64,000 bases of DNA from Escherichia phage Ec_YwIITB1. The position numbers and the translations under genes are program-made. Positions 1-15,894 of the stretch are shown here, piece by piece. The stretch lies in sequence record PQ356294.1; one strand, written 5' to 3'. Under the pieces are notes generated by a model that was given only the letters and a program-made list of their open reading frames with translations, was not told where the DNA came from and made no database searches. Numbering within the stretch: the stretch's first letter is position 1; each line of letters begins with the position of its first letter.

Positions 1-1
1 C

Positions 2-1082
<1,081 letters not shown>

Positions 1083-1123
1083 TAAATATTATAAACTAAT
1101 TAAAGCCCAGATTAGGAGAAATC

Positions 1124-4261
<3,138 letters not shown>

Positions 4262-4292
4262 ATATATTAAAGCATATTAAAGAGGATTAAAA

Positions 4293-6272
4293 ATGACTTT
4301 ATTATCTCCGGGCATTGAGCTCAAAGAAACTACGGTTCAAAGCACCGTGGTTAATAACTCTACTGGTACAGCAGCTTTGGCCGGTAAATTCCAGTGGGGT
4401 CCTGCTTTTCAAATTAAACAGGTTACGAATGAAGTAGATTTAGTTAATACTTTTGGTCAACCTACAGCTGAAACTGCTGACTATTTTATGTCTGCAATGA
4501 ATTTCTTACAATATGGAAATGATTTGCGAGTCGTGCGTGCTGTCGATAGAGATACCGCTAAAAACTCATCTCCGATTGCCGGTAATATTGAATACACTAT
4601 TTCTACCCCAGGTAGTAACTACGCGGTTGGAGATAAAATCACGGTTAAGTATGTTTCAGAAGATGTTGAAACAGAATGTAAAGTTACCGAAGTAGATGCT
4701 GATGGAAAAATTAAGAAAATTAATATTCCTACTGCAAAAATTATCGCTAAAGCAAAAGAAGTAGGCGAATATCCAGAATTAGGTTCTAATTGGACCGCGG
4801 AAATTTCTTCGTCTTCCTCTGGTTTAGCTGCAGTAATAACTCTTGGAAAAATTATTACTGATTCTGGTATTTTATTAGCTGAAATTGAAAATGCCGAAGC
4901 TGCTATGACAGCGGTTGAATTTCAGGCAAGTCTCGAAAAATATGGAATTCCAGGAGTAGTAGCTCTTTATCCAGGTGAATTAGGCGATAAAATTGAAATT
5001 GAAATCGTATCTAAAGCTGACTACGCAAAAGGAGCTTCTGCATTACTCCCAATTTATCCGGGCGGTGGTACTCGTGCATCTACTGCTAAAGCAGTGTTTG
5101 GATATGGGCCGCAAACTGACTCACAGTACGCTATTATAGTTCGTCGTAATGATGCTATTGTTCAAAGCGTTGTTCTTTCAACTAAGCGTGGCGAAAAAGA
5201 TATTTACGATAGTAACATCTATATTGATGACTTTTTCGCAAAAGGCGGCTCAGAATATATTTTTGCAACTGCACAAAACTGGCCAGAAGGATTCTCTGGA
5301 ATTTTAACTCTGTCTGGTGGATTATCATCAAATGCTGAAGTGACAGCAGGAGATTTGATGGAAGCTTGGGACTTCTTTGCTGACCGTGAATCTGTTGACG
5401 TTCAGCTGTTTATTGCGGGTTCTTGCGCCGGCGAATCTTTAGAAACAGCATCTACTGTCCAAAAACACGTCGTTTCAATTGGTGATGCTCGCCAGGATTG
5501 CTTAGTATTGTGCTCACCACCACGTGAAACTGTAGTTGGAATTCCTGTAACTCGTGCAGTAGATAATTTAGTTAACTGGAGAACTGCAGCAGGTTCATAC
5601 ACTGATAATAACTTTAATATCAGTTCAACCTATGCAGCAATCGATGGCAACTACAAATATCAGTATGACAAATATAATGATGTAAATCGTTGGGTTCCAT
5701 TAGCTGCTGACATTGCTGGTTTATGCGCAAGAACTGATAACGTTTCTCATACTTGGATGTCTCCGGCTGGTTATAATCGTGGTCAAATTCTTAACGTTAT
5801 TAAACTTGCTATTGAAACTCGCCAGGCGCAGCGCGATCGTTTATATCAAGAAGCTATCAACCCGGTAACTGGTACAGGTGGCGATGGTTACGTATTGTAC
5901 GGTGATAAAACAGCTACTTCTGTTCCTTCTCCGTTTGATCGTATTAACGTTCGTCGTCTGTTTAATATGTTGAAAACGAATATCGGACGTAGTTCAAAAT
6001 ATCGTTTATTCGAATTAAACAACGCGTTTACTCGTTCATCGTTCCGCACAGAAACTGCCCAATACTTACAGGGAATTAAAGCTCTCGGTGGAATTTATGA
6101 ATATCGTGTAGTTTGCGATACAACAAATAATACTCCGTCAGTAATTGATAGAAATGAGTTTGTTGCAACATTCTACATTCAACCGGCTAGAAGCATTAAC
6201 TACATTACCTTAAACTTCGTAGCAACTGCTACTGGTGCAGATTTCGATGAGTTAACTGGTCTTGCAGGTTAA
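4293..6272 (+). CDS. 18: tail sheath protein gp18
   Basis: 659-aa ORF; T4 homolog. Confidence 0.95.
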   Translation: MTLLSPGIELKETTVQSTVVNNSTGTAALAGKFQWGPAFQIKQVTNEVDLVNTFGQPTAETADYFMSAMNFLQYGNDLRVVRAVDRDTAKNSSPIAGNIEYTISTPGSNYAVGDKITVKYVSEDVETECKVTEVDADGKIKKINIPTAKIIAKAKEVGEYPELGSNWTAEISSSSSGLAAVITLGKIITDSGILLAEIENAEAAMTAVEFQASLEKYGIPGVVALYPGELGDKIEIEIVSKADYAKGASALLPIYPGGGTRASTAKAVFGYGPQTDSQYAIIVRRNDAIVQSVVLSTKRGEKDIYDSNIYIDDFFAKGGSEYIFATAQNWPEGFSGILTLSGGLSSNAEVTAGDLMEAWDFFADRESVDVQLFIAGSCAGESLETASTVQKHVVSIGDARQDCLVLCSPPRETVVGIPVTRAVDNLVNWRTAAGSYTDNNFNISSTYAAIDGNYKYQYDKYNDVNRWVPLAADIAGLCARTDNVSHTWMSPAGYNRGQILNVIKLAIETRQAQRDRLYQEAINPVTGTGGDGYVLYGDKTATSVPSPFDRINVRRLFNMLKTNIGRSSKYRLFELNNAFTRSSFRTETAQYLQGIKALGGIYEYRVVCDTTNNTPSVIDRNEFVATFYIQPARSINYITLNFVATATGADFDELTGLAG

Positions 6273-6280
6273 TTGATTAT

Positions 6281-6294
6281 GGGGCTTCGGCCCC
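6281..6294 (+). other. GC hairpin with UUCG tetraloop directly after gene 18 stop
   Basis: GGGGCTTCGGCCCC. Confidence 0.4.
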
Positions 6295-6311
6295 TATTCT
6301 CGAGGAAACAA

Positions 6312-6929
6312 GTGATTATTTCTAAGTTTGTTAAAGTGAAAATTGTACCATCAAATTTTAAACATTATCAATCAAAGGGTTATAAATTAACACCTCTTGG
6401 AGCGGTTAAACATGGATTTAGGTATTATGAAATTGATGTTAAAGTTGAAGACATTAAAGGTAATACCGCGTATGTAAAATGCCGTTGCGATAAATGTGGA
6501 ATTGAATATAACCAACGCATTGGAAGAAACACTGATATTTGTCGTGATTGCCGTCATAAAGATAAAATGCGCAATAATTCATATGGTTCCGCGAATAAAG
6601 GAAAAACAGTAGAATGTATGCATGGCGTAAATCATCCAAGATGGAACCCAAATAAATCTGAAATGCGTGAATATATTTCATTGGTATATAAAGAAACTCG
6701 TAAGCATAAGAAAATTTGGTCAAAATGGCCAAATGCTGATAAAATAGGAGTGTGCGGTACAAAAGGTGCTTACCAACTTGATCATAAGGTATCTATCAAA
6801 TACGGTTTTGATAATTTAATTCCTGTTGAAATAATTGGCGGTATTAATAATTTAGAAATAATCACTTGGGAATCTAACCGAGAAAAATCAAAAAGAAATA
6901 GTGTAGATCTTTGGGATTTACTAGAATGA
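6312..6929 (+). CDS. HNH-family homing endonuclease (free-standing)
   Basis: ORF open from 6273 (TTG); likelier start GTG 6312 with GAGG 7 nt upstream; Cys cluster CRCDKCG...CRDCRH and H-N-H-like motif DHKVS...NLEIITWESNREKSKRN. Confidence 0.7.
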   Translation: MIISKFVKVKIVPSNFKHYQSKGYKLTPLGAVKHGFRYYEIDVKVEDIKGNTAYVKCRCDKCGIEYNQRIGRNTDICRDCRHKDKMRNNSYGSANKGKTVECMHGVNHPRWNPNKSEMREYISLVYKETRKHKKIWSKWPNADKIGVCGTKGAYQLDHKVSIKYGFDNLIPVEIIGGINNLEIITWESNREKSKRNSVDLWDLLE

Positions 6930-6936
6930 TTCTAAA

Positions 6937-6954
6937 GGCCTGTTTCGGCAGGCC
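6937..6954 (+). terminator. hairpin after HNH gene
   Basis: GGCCTG-TTTCGG-CAGGCC. Confidence 0.35.
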
Positions 6955-6955
6955 A

Positions 6956-6963
6956 TATAAATA
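6956..6963 (+). promoter_or_regulatory. T4-type late promoter motif
   Basis: TATAAATA. Confidence 0.45.
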
Positions 6964-7014
6964 CACTATATCCTTAATTCTTTAATTCTATATGCCCTAG
7001 GTTAAACATAGGGA

Positions 7015-7022
7015 TATAAATA
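7015..7022 (+). promoter_or_regulatory. late promoter for gene 19
   Basis: TATAAATA 15 nt before ATG 7037. Confidence 0.6.
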
Positions 7023-7036
7023 CTACAGAGGCTAAT

Positions 7037-7528
7037 ATGTTTGTAGATGATGTAACACGAGCGTTTGAATCTGGTGATTTTGCTCGACCTAACTTATTCC
7101 AAGTAGAAATTTCTTATCTTGGACAAAATTTTACGTTTCAATGTAAAGCCACTGCTTTACCAGCTGGTATTGTAGAAAAAATTCCAGTCGGTTTTATGAA
7201 CCGTAAAATTAACGTAGCAGGCGATCGTACATTCGATGACTGGACTGTTACAGTAATGAACGATGAGGCACATGATGCTCGCCAGAAGTTTGTTGATTGG
7301 CAAAGCATTGCTGCTGGGCAAGGGAACGAAATTACTGGTGGAAAACCAGCAGAGTATAAAAAGAGTGCTGTTGTTCGCCAATATGCTCGTGACGCTAAAA
7401 CTGTAACAAAAGAAGTTGAAATTAAAGGCCTGTGGCCTACTAACGTGGGTGAACTTCAATTAGATTGGGATTCAAACAATGAAATCCAAACCTTTGAAGT
7501 AACTCTCGCTCTCGATTATTGGGAATAA
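7037..7528 (+). CDS. 19: tail tube protein gp19
   Basis: 163-aa ORF; T4 homolog; late promoter upstream. Confidence 0.95.
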   Translation: MFVDDVTRAFESGDFARPNLFQVEISYLGQNFTFQCKATALPAGIVEKIPVGFMNRKINVAGDRTFDDWTVTVMNDEAHDARQKFVDWQSIAAGQGNEITGGKPAEYKKSAVVRQYARDAKTVTKEVEIKGLWPTNVGELQLDWDSNNEIQTFEVTLALDYWE

Positions 7529-7535
7529 AATGAAT

Positions 7536-7549
7536 GGGGAGAAATCCCC
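7536..7549 (+). terminator. hairpin after gene 19
   Basis: GGGGAGAAATCCCC. Confidence 0.4.
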
Positions 7550-7560
7550 ATCCTGCTTAA

Positions 7561-9185
<1,625 letters not shown>

Positions 9186-9186
<1 letters not shown>

Positions 9187-9425
9187 TGGAAGGTTTAATT
9201 GAAGCTATTAAATCAAACGACCTCGTAGCCGCTCGTAAATTATTTGCTGAAGCCATGGCTGCAAGAACGACTGATTTAATTAAAGAAGAAAAAATCGCTA
9301 TCGCTCGTAATTTCTTAATCGAAGGTGAAGAACCTGATGACGAGGATGATGACGAAGACGAAGATAGTGATGATAAAGACGACAAAAAAGACAAAGACTC
9401 TGACGAAGACGAGGATGATGAATAA
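9186..9425 (+). CDS. 67: prohead core protein gp67 (acidic C-terminus)
   Basis: 79-aa ORF, D/E-rich tail; T4 synteny. Confidence 0.85.
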
Positions 9426-9850
9426 TGCTTCTGATCCCTGAAACTCATGAATTGGTTCTCGAGAATGTCGAAGCACTTATTCCTGAAGCACAGGGTCGCT
9501 TTGACGAATTGTCTTCTGCTTTAAATAAAGACGATATAAATACAATTGTCGAGAATATGCTTGATGATGAAACTGATTTAGCGGTTGCATTAGCTTCTAT
9601 TAATGAAAATATGCCGTTAAATGAATTTATCGTTAAACATGTTTCTGCCCGTGGTGAAATTACTCGCACCAAAGATCGCAAAACCCGCGAACGTAATGCA
9701 TTTCAAACTACCGGGTTGTCTAAAGCAAAACGTAGACAAATTGCTCGTAAAGCTACCAAAACGAAGATTGCCAATCCAGCAGGTCAATCTCGTGCTCAGC
9801 GTAAGCGTAAAAAAGCTCTTAAACGCCGTAAAGCATTAGGATTAAGCTAA
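9425..9850 (+). CDS. 68: prohead core protein gp68
   Basis: 141-aa ORF; T4 synteny. Confidence 0.85.
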
Positions 9851-10488
9851 TGAATGAACCCCAATTACTAATTGAAACTTGGGGTCAACCTGGCGAAATT
9901 ATTGATGGCGTACCAATGCTTGAATCTCATGATGGAAAAGACTTAGGTTTAAAACCGGGTTTATACATCGAAGGAATATTCATGCAAGCGGAAGTCGTCA
10001 ATAGAAATAAACGTCTTTATCCAAAACGTATATTAGAAAAAGCGGTAAAAGACTATATTAATGAGCAAGTTTTAACTAAACAAGCTCTCGGAGAATTAAA
10101 TCATCCTCCACGCGCTAATGTTGACCCGATGCAAGCCGCTATCATTATAGAAGATATGTGGTGGAAAGGAAATGACGTATACGGACGAGCTCGTGTTATT
10201 GAAGGTGACCACGGTCCTGGAGATAAATTAGCAGCTAATATTCGTGCCGGATGGATTCCAGGAGTTTCTTCTCGTGGATTAGGTTCATTGACTGACACAA
10301 ATAAAGGTTATCGTATCGTAAACGAAGGATTCAAATTAACTGTAGGTGTTGATGCAGTATGGGGTCCAAGTGCTCCAGATGCATGGGTAACTCCTAAGGA
10401 AATTACCGAATCACAGACGGCGGAAGCCGATACAAGTGCCGATGACGCCTATATGGCTCTCGCAGAGGCCATGAAAAAAGCGTTATAA
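9850..10488 (+). CDS. 21: prohead core protease gp21
   Basis: 212-aa ORF; T4 homolog. Confidence 0.9.
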   Translation: MNEPQLLIETWGQPGEIIDGVPMLESHDGKDLGLKPGLYIEGIFMQAEVVNRNKRLYPKRILEKAVKDYINEQVLTKQALGELNHPPRANVDPMQAAIIIEDMWWKGNDVYGRARVIEGDHGPGDKLAANIRAGWIPGVSSRGLGSLTDTNKGYRIVNEGFKLTVGVDAVWGPSAPDAWVTPKEITESQTAEADTSADDAYMALAEAMKKAL

Positions 10489-10518
10489 ATATTATTATCT
10501 AAACAACAGGACTACAAA

Positions 10519-11328
10519 ATGCTTAAAGAACAACTGATTGCTGAAGCGCAAAAAATTGATGCTTCCGTTGCTCTTGATAGTATTTTCGAATCAGTTAATA
10601 TTTCTCCGGAAGCAAAAGAAACTTTCGGCACTGTATTCGAAGCTACCGTCAAGCAGCACGCCGTTAAATTAGCTGAATCTCATATCGCTAAAATTGCTGA
10701 AAAAGCAGAAGAAGAAGTAGAAAAAAATAAAGAAGAAGCCGAAGAAAAAGCTGAGAAGAAAATCGCTGAGCAAGCTTCTAAATTCATCGACCATCTTGCA
10801 AAAGAATGGCTCGCTGAAAATAAATTAGCAGTTGATAAAGGCATCAAAGCCGAACTATTTGAATCCATGCTTGGTGGATTAAAAGAGCTCTTTGTTGAAC
10901 ACAACGTTGTTGTTCCAGAAGAATCAGTTGATGTTGTAGCTGAAATGGAAGAAGAGCTGCAAGAACATAAAGAAGAATCAGCTCGTCTGTTCGAAGAACT
11001 CAATAAGCGTGACGCATATATCAATTATGTGCAGCGTGAAGTGGCATTGAGCGAAAGTACTAAAGATCTGACTGAGTCTCAAAAAGAAAAAGTCTCTGCT
11101 CTGGTCGAAGGTATGGATTATTCAGATGCATTCTCAAGTAAATTGAGTGCCATCGTAGAAATGGTGAAGAAGTCTAATAAAGATGAAAGCACTATTACTG
11201 AGGGTATAAATACTCCTGATACTGAAGCAGCCGGACTGAATTTCGTCACTGAAGCTGTAGAAGATAAAACTGCACCTGGTGCAGAAGATATTGTAAGTGT
11301 ATATGCGAAAGTCGCATCTCGTTTCTAA
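10519..11328 (+). CDS. 22: prohead scaffold protein gp22
   Basis: 269-aa ORF, Glu/Lys-rich coiled-coil; T4 homolog. Confidence 0.9.
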   Translation: MLKEQLIAEAQKIDASVALDSIFESVNISPEAKETFGTVFEATVKQHAVKLAESHIAKIAEKAEEEVEKNKEEAEEKAEKKIAEQASKFIDHLAKEWLAENKLAVDKGIKAELFESMLGGLKELFVEHNVVVPEESVDVVAEMEEELQEHKEESARLFEELNKRDAYINYVQREVALSESTKDLTESQKEKVSALVEGMDYSDAFSSKLSAIVEMVKKSNKDESTITEGINTPDTEAAGLNFVTEAVEDKTAPGAEDIVSVYAKVASRF

Positions 11329-11346
11329 TTTTAAAGGTTAACACAA

Positions 11347-12908
11347 ATGACTATCAAAACTAAAGCTGAACTTTTGAACAAATGGAAGCCATTACTGGAA
11401 GGTGAAGGTTTACCGGAAATTGCTAATAGCAAACAAGCGATTATCGCTAAAATCTTTGAAAACCAGGAAAAAGATTTCCAGACAGCTCCAGAGTACAAAG
11501 ACGAAAAAATCGCCCAGGCGTTCGGTTCTTTCTTAACAGAAGCTGAAATCGGTGGTGACCACGGTTACAACGCTACTAACATTGCTGCTGGTCAGACTTC
11601 TGGCGCAGTAACTCAGATTGGCCCAGCTGTTATGGGTATGGTACGTCGTGCTATTCCTAACCTGATTGCTTTCGATATTTGCGGTGTTCAGCCGATGAAT
11701 AGCCCGACTGGCCAGGTATTTGCACTGCGTGCAGTATATGGTAAAGACCCAATCGCTGCTGATGCTAAAGAAGCATTCCACCCAATGTATGGTCCAGATG
11801 CAATGTTCTCTGGTCAGGGTGCTGCTAAGAAATTCGCGCTAGCACACAAACTACTGTAAGTTGGAACCATTTACACCTATTTCTTCCAGGAAACTGGTAC
11901 TGTATATCTGCAAGCTACCTCTAGTTAAAGCAAATTGATACAAGTGCTTCTGACGCAGCTAAATTAGATGCTGAAATTAAGAAACAAATGGAAGCTGGCG
12001 TATTGGTAGAAATCGCTGAAGGTATGGCTACTTCTATCGCTGAACTTCAGGAAGGTTTCAACGGTTCTACCGATAACCCATGGAATGAAATGGGATTCCG
12101 TATCGATAAACAAGTTATCGAAGCTAAATCTCGTCAGCTGAAAGCTGCTTACTCTATCGAATTAGCACAAGACCTCCGCGCTGTTCACGGTATGGATGCT
12201 GATGCTGAACTGTCTGGTATTCTGGCTACCGAAATCATGCTGGAAATCAACCGTGAAGTTGTTGATTGGATTAACTACTCAGCTCAGGTTGGTAAATCTG
12301 GTATGACCCTGACTCCGGGTTCTAAAGCTGGTGTATTTGACTTCCAGGATCCGATTGATATTCGCGGTGCTCGCTGGGCAGGTGAATCCTTTAAAGCTCT
12401 GTTGTTCCAGATTGACAAAGAAGCAGTTGAAATTGCTCGTCAGACCGGTCGTGGTGAAGGTAACTTCATTATCGCTTCCCGTAACGTAGTTAACGTTCTG
12501 GCTTCAGTTGATACTGGCATTTCTTATGCTGCACAGGGTCTGGCTACCGGCTTTAACACTGATACTACCAAGTCAGTATTTGCTGGTGTTCTGGGTGGTA
12601 AATACCGTGTATACATCGACCAGTATGCTAAACAGGATTATTTCACTGTAGGTTATAAAGGTCCGAACGAAATGGATGCTGGTATTTACTACGCTCCATA
12701 TGTAGCTCTGACTCCGCTGCGTGGTTCCGATCCGAAGAACTTCCAACCGGTAATGGGATTCAAAACTCGTTACGGTATCGGTATCAACCCATTTGCAGAA
12801 TCCGCTGCTCAGGCTCCGGCTTCTCGCATCCAAAGCGGTATGCCTTCTATTCTTAATAGCCTTGGTAAAAACGCTTACTTCCGCCGTGTATATGTTAAAG
12901 GTATCTAA
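11347..12908 (+). CDS. 23: major capsid protein gp23; reading frame interrupted between ~11836 and ~11930
   Basis: 170-aa ORF 11347-11859 matches gp23 N-terminus, 306-aa ORF 11988-12908 matches C-terminus; in-frame stops at 11857 and 11926 with three frame changes between. Confidence 0.85.
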
Positions 12909-12923
12909 TCTTTGACGATTTAA

Positions 12924-12939
12924 GGGACCTTCGGGTCCC
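12924..12939 (+). terminator. hairpin after gene 23, followed by T-rich tract
   Basis: GGGACCTTCGGGTCCC. Confidence 0.5.
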
Positions 12940-12956
12940 TTTAGTTGTTTTTATGG

Positions 12957-12964
12957 TATAAATA
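12957..12964 (+). promoter_or_regulatory. late promoter for gene 24
   Basis: TATAAATA 28 nt before ATG 12992. Confidence 0.6.
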
Positions 12965-12991
12965 AATCATATAAACCAAAAGGAAAGCGCA

Positions 12992-14275
12992 ATGGCTAAA
13001 ATCAACGAACTTCTGCGCGAATCAACCACAACGAATAGCAACTCAATCGGTCGCCCAAATCTCGTTGCTTTGACTCGCGCTACCACTAAATTAATATATT
13101 CTGACATTGTAGCAACGCAAAGAACTAATCAACCTGTTGCTGCTTTTTATGGTATCAAATACCTTAACCCGGATAACGAATTTACATTTAAAACTGGTGC
13201 TACTTACGCCGGCGAAGCTGGGTATGTAGACCGAGAACAAATCACAGAATTAACAGAAGAGTCTAAATTAACTCTCAATAAAGGCGATTTATTCAAATAT
13301 AATAATATCGTTTATAAAGTATTAGAAAATACACCATTTGCTGATATTGAAGAAAGTGATTTAGAATTAGCTCTTCAGATTGCAATTGTTCTTTTAAAGG
13401 TTCGTCTATTTTCTGATGCTGCAGTAACAAGCAAATTTGAAAGCTCTGATAGTGAAATTGCGGATGCTAGATTCCAGATTAATAAATGGCAAACCGCAGT
13501 TAAATCTCGTAAACTTAAAACTGGCATCACAGTCGAATTAGCACAAGATTTAGAAGCAAACGGATTCGATGCTCCTAATTTCTTGGAAGATTTGCTTGCA
13601 ACTGAAATGGCGGATGAAATCAATAAAGATATTTTACAGTCTTTGATTACAGTGTCAAAACGCTATAAAGTTACAGGAATTACTGATACTGGATTCATTG
13701 ATTTGAGTTATGCATCTGCACCTGAAGCTGGTCGTTCATTATACCGAATGGTATGTGAAATGGTTTCGCATATCCAAAAAGAATCAACTTATACTGCAAC
13801 GTTCTGTGTTGCTTCAGCTCGTGCCGCTGCGATTCTTGCTGCATCAGGTTGGTTAAAACATAAACCGGAAGATGATAAATATCTTTCACAAAATGCCTAC
13901 GGGTTCTTAGCTAATGGTTTACCGCTTTATTGCGATACCAACAGTCCATTAGATTATGTAATCGTTGGCGTAGTAGAAAATATCGGTGAAAAAGAAATTG
14001 TTGGATCAATTTTCTATGCTCCGTATACAGAAGGTCTTGACTTAGATGACCCTGAACATGTAGGTGCATTTAAAGTTGTAGTTGATCCAGAAAGTTTGCA
14101 GCCATCTATCGGTTTATTAGTTAGATATGCTTTATCTGCAAATCCTTACACTGTAGCAAAAGATGAAAAAGAAGCAAGAGTAATTGATGGTGGAGATATG
14201 GATAAAATGGCGGGTCGTTCAGATTTGTCTGTTTTATTAGGTGTTAAGCTACCAAAAATTATCATTGATGAATAA
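12992..14275 (+). CDS. 24: capsid vertex protein gp24
   Basis: 427-aa ORF; T4 homolog; late promoter upstream. Confidence 0.95.
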   Translation: MAKINELLRESTTTNSNSIGRPNLVALTRATTKLIYSDIVATQRTNQPVAAFYGIKYLNPDNEFTFKTGATYAGEAGYVDREQITELTEESKLTLNKGDLFKYNNIVYKVLENTPFADIEESDLELALQIAIVLLKVRLFSDAAVTSKFESSDSEIADARFQINKWQTAVKSRKLKTGITVELAQDLEANGFDAPNFLEDLLATEMADEINKDILQSLITVSKRYKVTGITDTGFIDLSYASAPEAGRSLYRMVCEMVSHIQKESTYTATFCVASARAAAILAASGWLKHKPEDDKYLSQNAYGFLANGLPLYCDTNSPLDYVIVGVVENIGEKEIVGSIFYAPYTEGLDLDDPEHVGAFKVVVDPESLQPSIGLLVRYALSANPYTVAKDEKEARVIDGGDMDKMAGRSDLSVLLGVKLPKIIIDE

Positions 14276-14280
14276 AACAA

Positions 14281-14303
14281 AGGGACCGAAAGGTCCCTTT
14301 TTT
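14281..14303. terminator. bidirectional intrinsic terminator between convergent genes 24 and rnlB
   Basis: AGGGACCGAAAGGTCCCT flanked by A-run and T-run. Confidence 0.6.
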
Positions 14304-14305
14304 AT

Positions 14306-15310
14306 TTAACTTACCAATTCAATCCAAGCCGGACGAAGTACATCTTGTACCATTTTAACTAATTCCTTCTTAATCAAAGAAGGATTATCCGCTTGAGTTA
14401 GAGTAATACCTTCACGAGAAGTTTCTTCCAAAATATCTTGAACCGTTAGCCCCATCACCTTTCCAAAATCTTTTGGACCAATTTCACCAATTTTAGAAAT
14501 AACGTTATTTACTCGGTTCAGTGTAACGTAACAAGCTAAAATTCCAAGCAATTTATTATCAGCTTCTGACAGTTCAACTTTAGCTTTAATAGGCTTATCA
14601 GACTTTTTCTTTTCACTAAATTTAGAGTTCTTGCATTTGATAGCTACGCGATTGCCGTTATGCATCCAAGAAGGATAACAAGGTTTCAATACATATCCTT
14701 CAGCGGTAAATACTTCGCCTTTTACTTCAGCATTCCAAACGCATTTATTTGCATCAACTAATCCAGCATGGTCTACCGTAAAATTATAATCCTGGACGAC
14801 AGAATCTAAATCATTTGGCAATTTAATAAGTTCTTCAAATTTACCGCGACCTAAAAGTGGAGCCATTTTAAATTTAAATGTATTACAGAATGATTCCATC
14901 ATATAATCATCGACATAAGTCACATCACCACTTTCTGTAGTAACAATAATGTCAAATACATAAAAATCTTTATCGCCATAATCGACATTCTTCTGAATGC
15001 CAGGTCCAGCGAATTCGCCAAAAACTTGATAAGATACAACCGCTGAAGTTTCCATAATTTCTTGTACTGCTTTAATGGAATCAGAGTAATTCTTCAAAAT
15101 AATTTCATACCCAAAGAAATCTTCAGCAGGAAGAATAGGACCAGTACGTTTAGCGCAAGTTACTTTATCACGCTCAATAATCAATGAGAAATTTGTGCCG
15201 TGAATCTTTTCACGAGCTACCCACTCCCCACCAGTCAATCCCAAGCTATAAAGTTTTTCAATGAATTTAGAATTGTAATGATTTTCAAGACTGCTATACT
15301 TTTTAAACAT
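14306..15310 (-). CDS. rnlB: RNA ligase 2 (RnlB)
   Basis: 334-aa ORF; nucleotidyltransferase motif KIHGTN; T4 homolog. Confidence 0.9.
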   Translation of the reverse strand: MFKKYSSLENHYNSKFIEKLYSLGLTGGEWVAREKIHGTNFSLIIERDKVTCAKRTGPILPAEDFFGYEIILKNYSDSIKAVQEIMETSAVVSYQVFGEFAGPGIQKNVDYGDKDFYVFDIIVTTESGDVTYVDDYMMESFCNTFKFKMAPLLGRGKFEELIKLPNDLDSVVQDYNFTVDHAGLVDANKCVWNAEVKGEVFTAEGYVLKPCYPSWMHNGNRVAIKCKNSKFSEKKKSDKPIKAKVELSEADNKLLGILACYVTLNRVNNVISKIGEIGPKDFGKVMGLTVQDILEETSREGITLTQADNPSLIKKELVKMVQDVLRPAWIELVS

Positions 15311-15319
15311 AATTAATCC

Positions 15320-15598
15320 TCAAAATGTAATTTCTAACCAATCACCATCACGCTGATCACTATTGACTTTAAAGCTAAATCCTTCTTTTCTCAGCCAATC
15401 ACCAATTTCTTCAGTAATCAATTTATCACGAGCAGTACAATAATAACTAAAATATGTTTTACCTTGTTCAGCTGCTTTATTAGCAAGTTCCGAAAAATCT
15501 TTAATAAAACACTCTAACTTAAACTGTTTACTTTTAAGTGCTTTTTCACGTAATTGATTAGCAAAAGATTCATTTTCATAAAGATCATACTGTTCCAT
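15320..15598 (-). CDS. hypothetical protein (24.2-like position)
   Basis: 92-aa ORF in rnlB-hoc interval. Confidence 0.6.
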   Translation of the reverse strand: MEQYDLYENESFANQLREKALKSKQFKLECFIKDFSELANKAAEQGKTYFSYYCTARDKLITEEIGDWLRKEGFSFKVNSDQRDGDWLEITF

Positions 15599-15601
15599 TT
15601 T

Positions 15602-15799
15602 TCACCTTTTATTAATATGTCTTTTTCTATAGACAACTTTTTCTCGAGTTTCAAATTTATTCTTAGCAGTCATAGCTCGAGCCCATAATACAGCCACTTC
15701 TTTCGCCTGTAAGTTCAATTCACGAGCAATTTCAATGAATGACTTTCCAGACTCATGAAGAGTAAACACCACAACCTCAGTTCTCATAATCAATCTCAT
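15602..15799 (-). CDS. hypothetical protein (24.3-like position)
   Basis: 65-aa ORF. Confidence 0.55.
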   Translation of the reverse strand: MRLIMRTEVVVFTLHESGKSFIEIARELNLQAKEVAVLWARAMTAKNKFETREKVVYRKRHINKR

Positions 15800-15866
15800 G
15801 TTATCGAGTTGATGCCATTATATACATCATTTTCTGAGTATGTTTTGTGTGCTTTCAAAATGAAGA

Positions 15867-15884
15867 AAGGGGCCGAAGCCCCTT
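15867..15884 (-). terminator. hairpin downstream of hoc
   Basis: AAGGGGCCGAAGCCCCTT. Confidence 0.4.
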
Positions 15885-15894
15885 ATGATTATGA

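Noticed and set aside
9330-9425. Highly acidic D/E low-complexity tract
   Set aside because: It is the C-terminal tail of prohead core protein gp67, an expected feature, not a repeat element.
10680-11024. 114-aa Ser-rich ORF on the reverse strand inside gene 22 (similar case at 9137-9448 opposite gp67/gp68)
   Set aside because: Antisense reading of a Glu/Lys/Asp-rich coding region; low complexity, no RBS, fully nested in a conserved gene.
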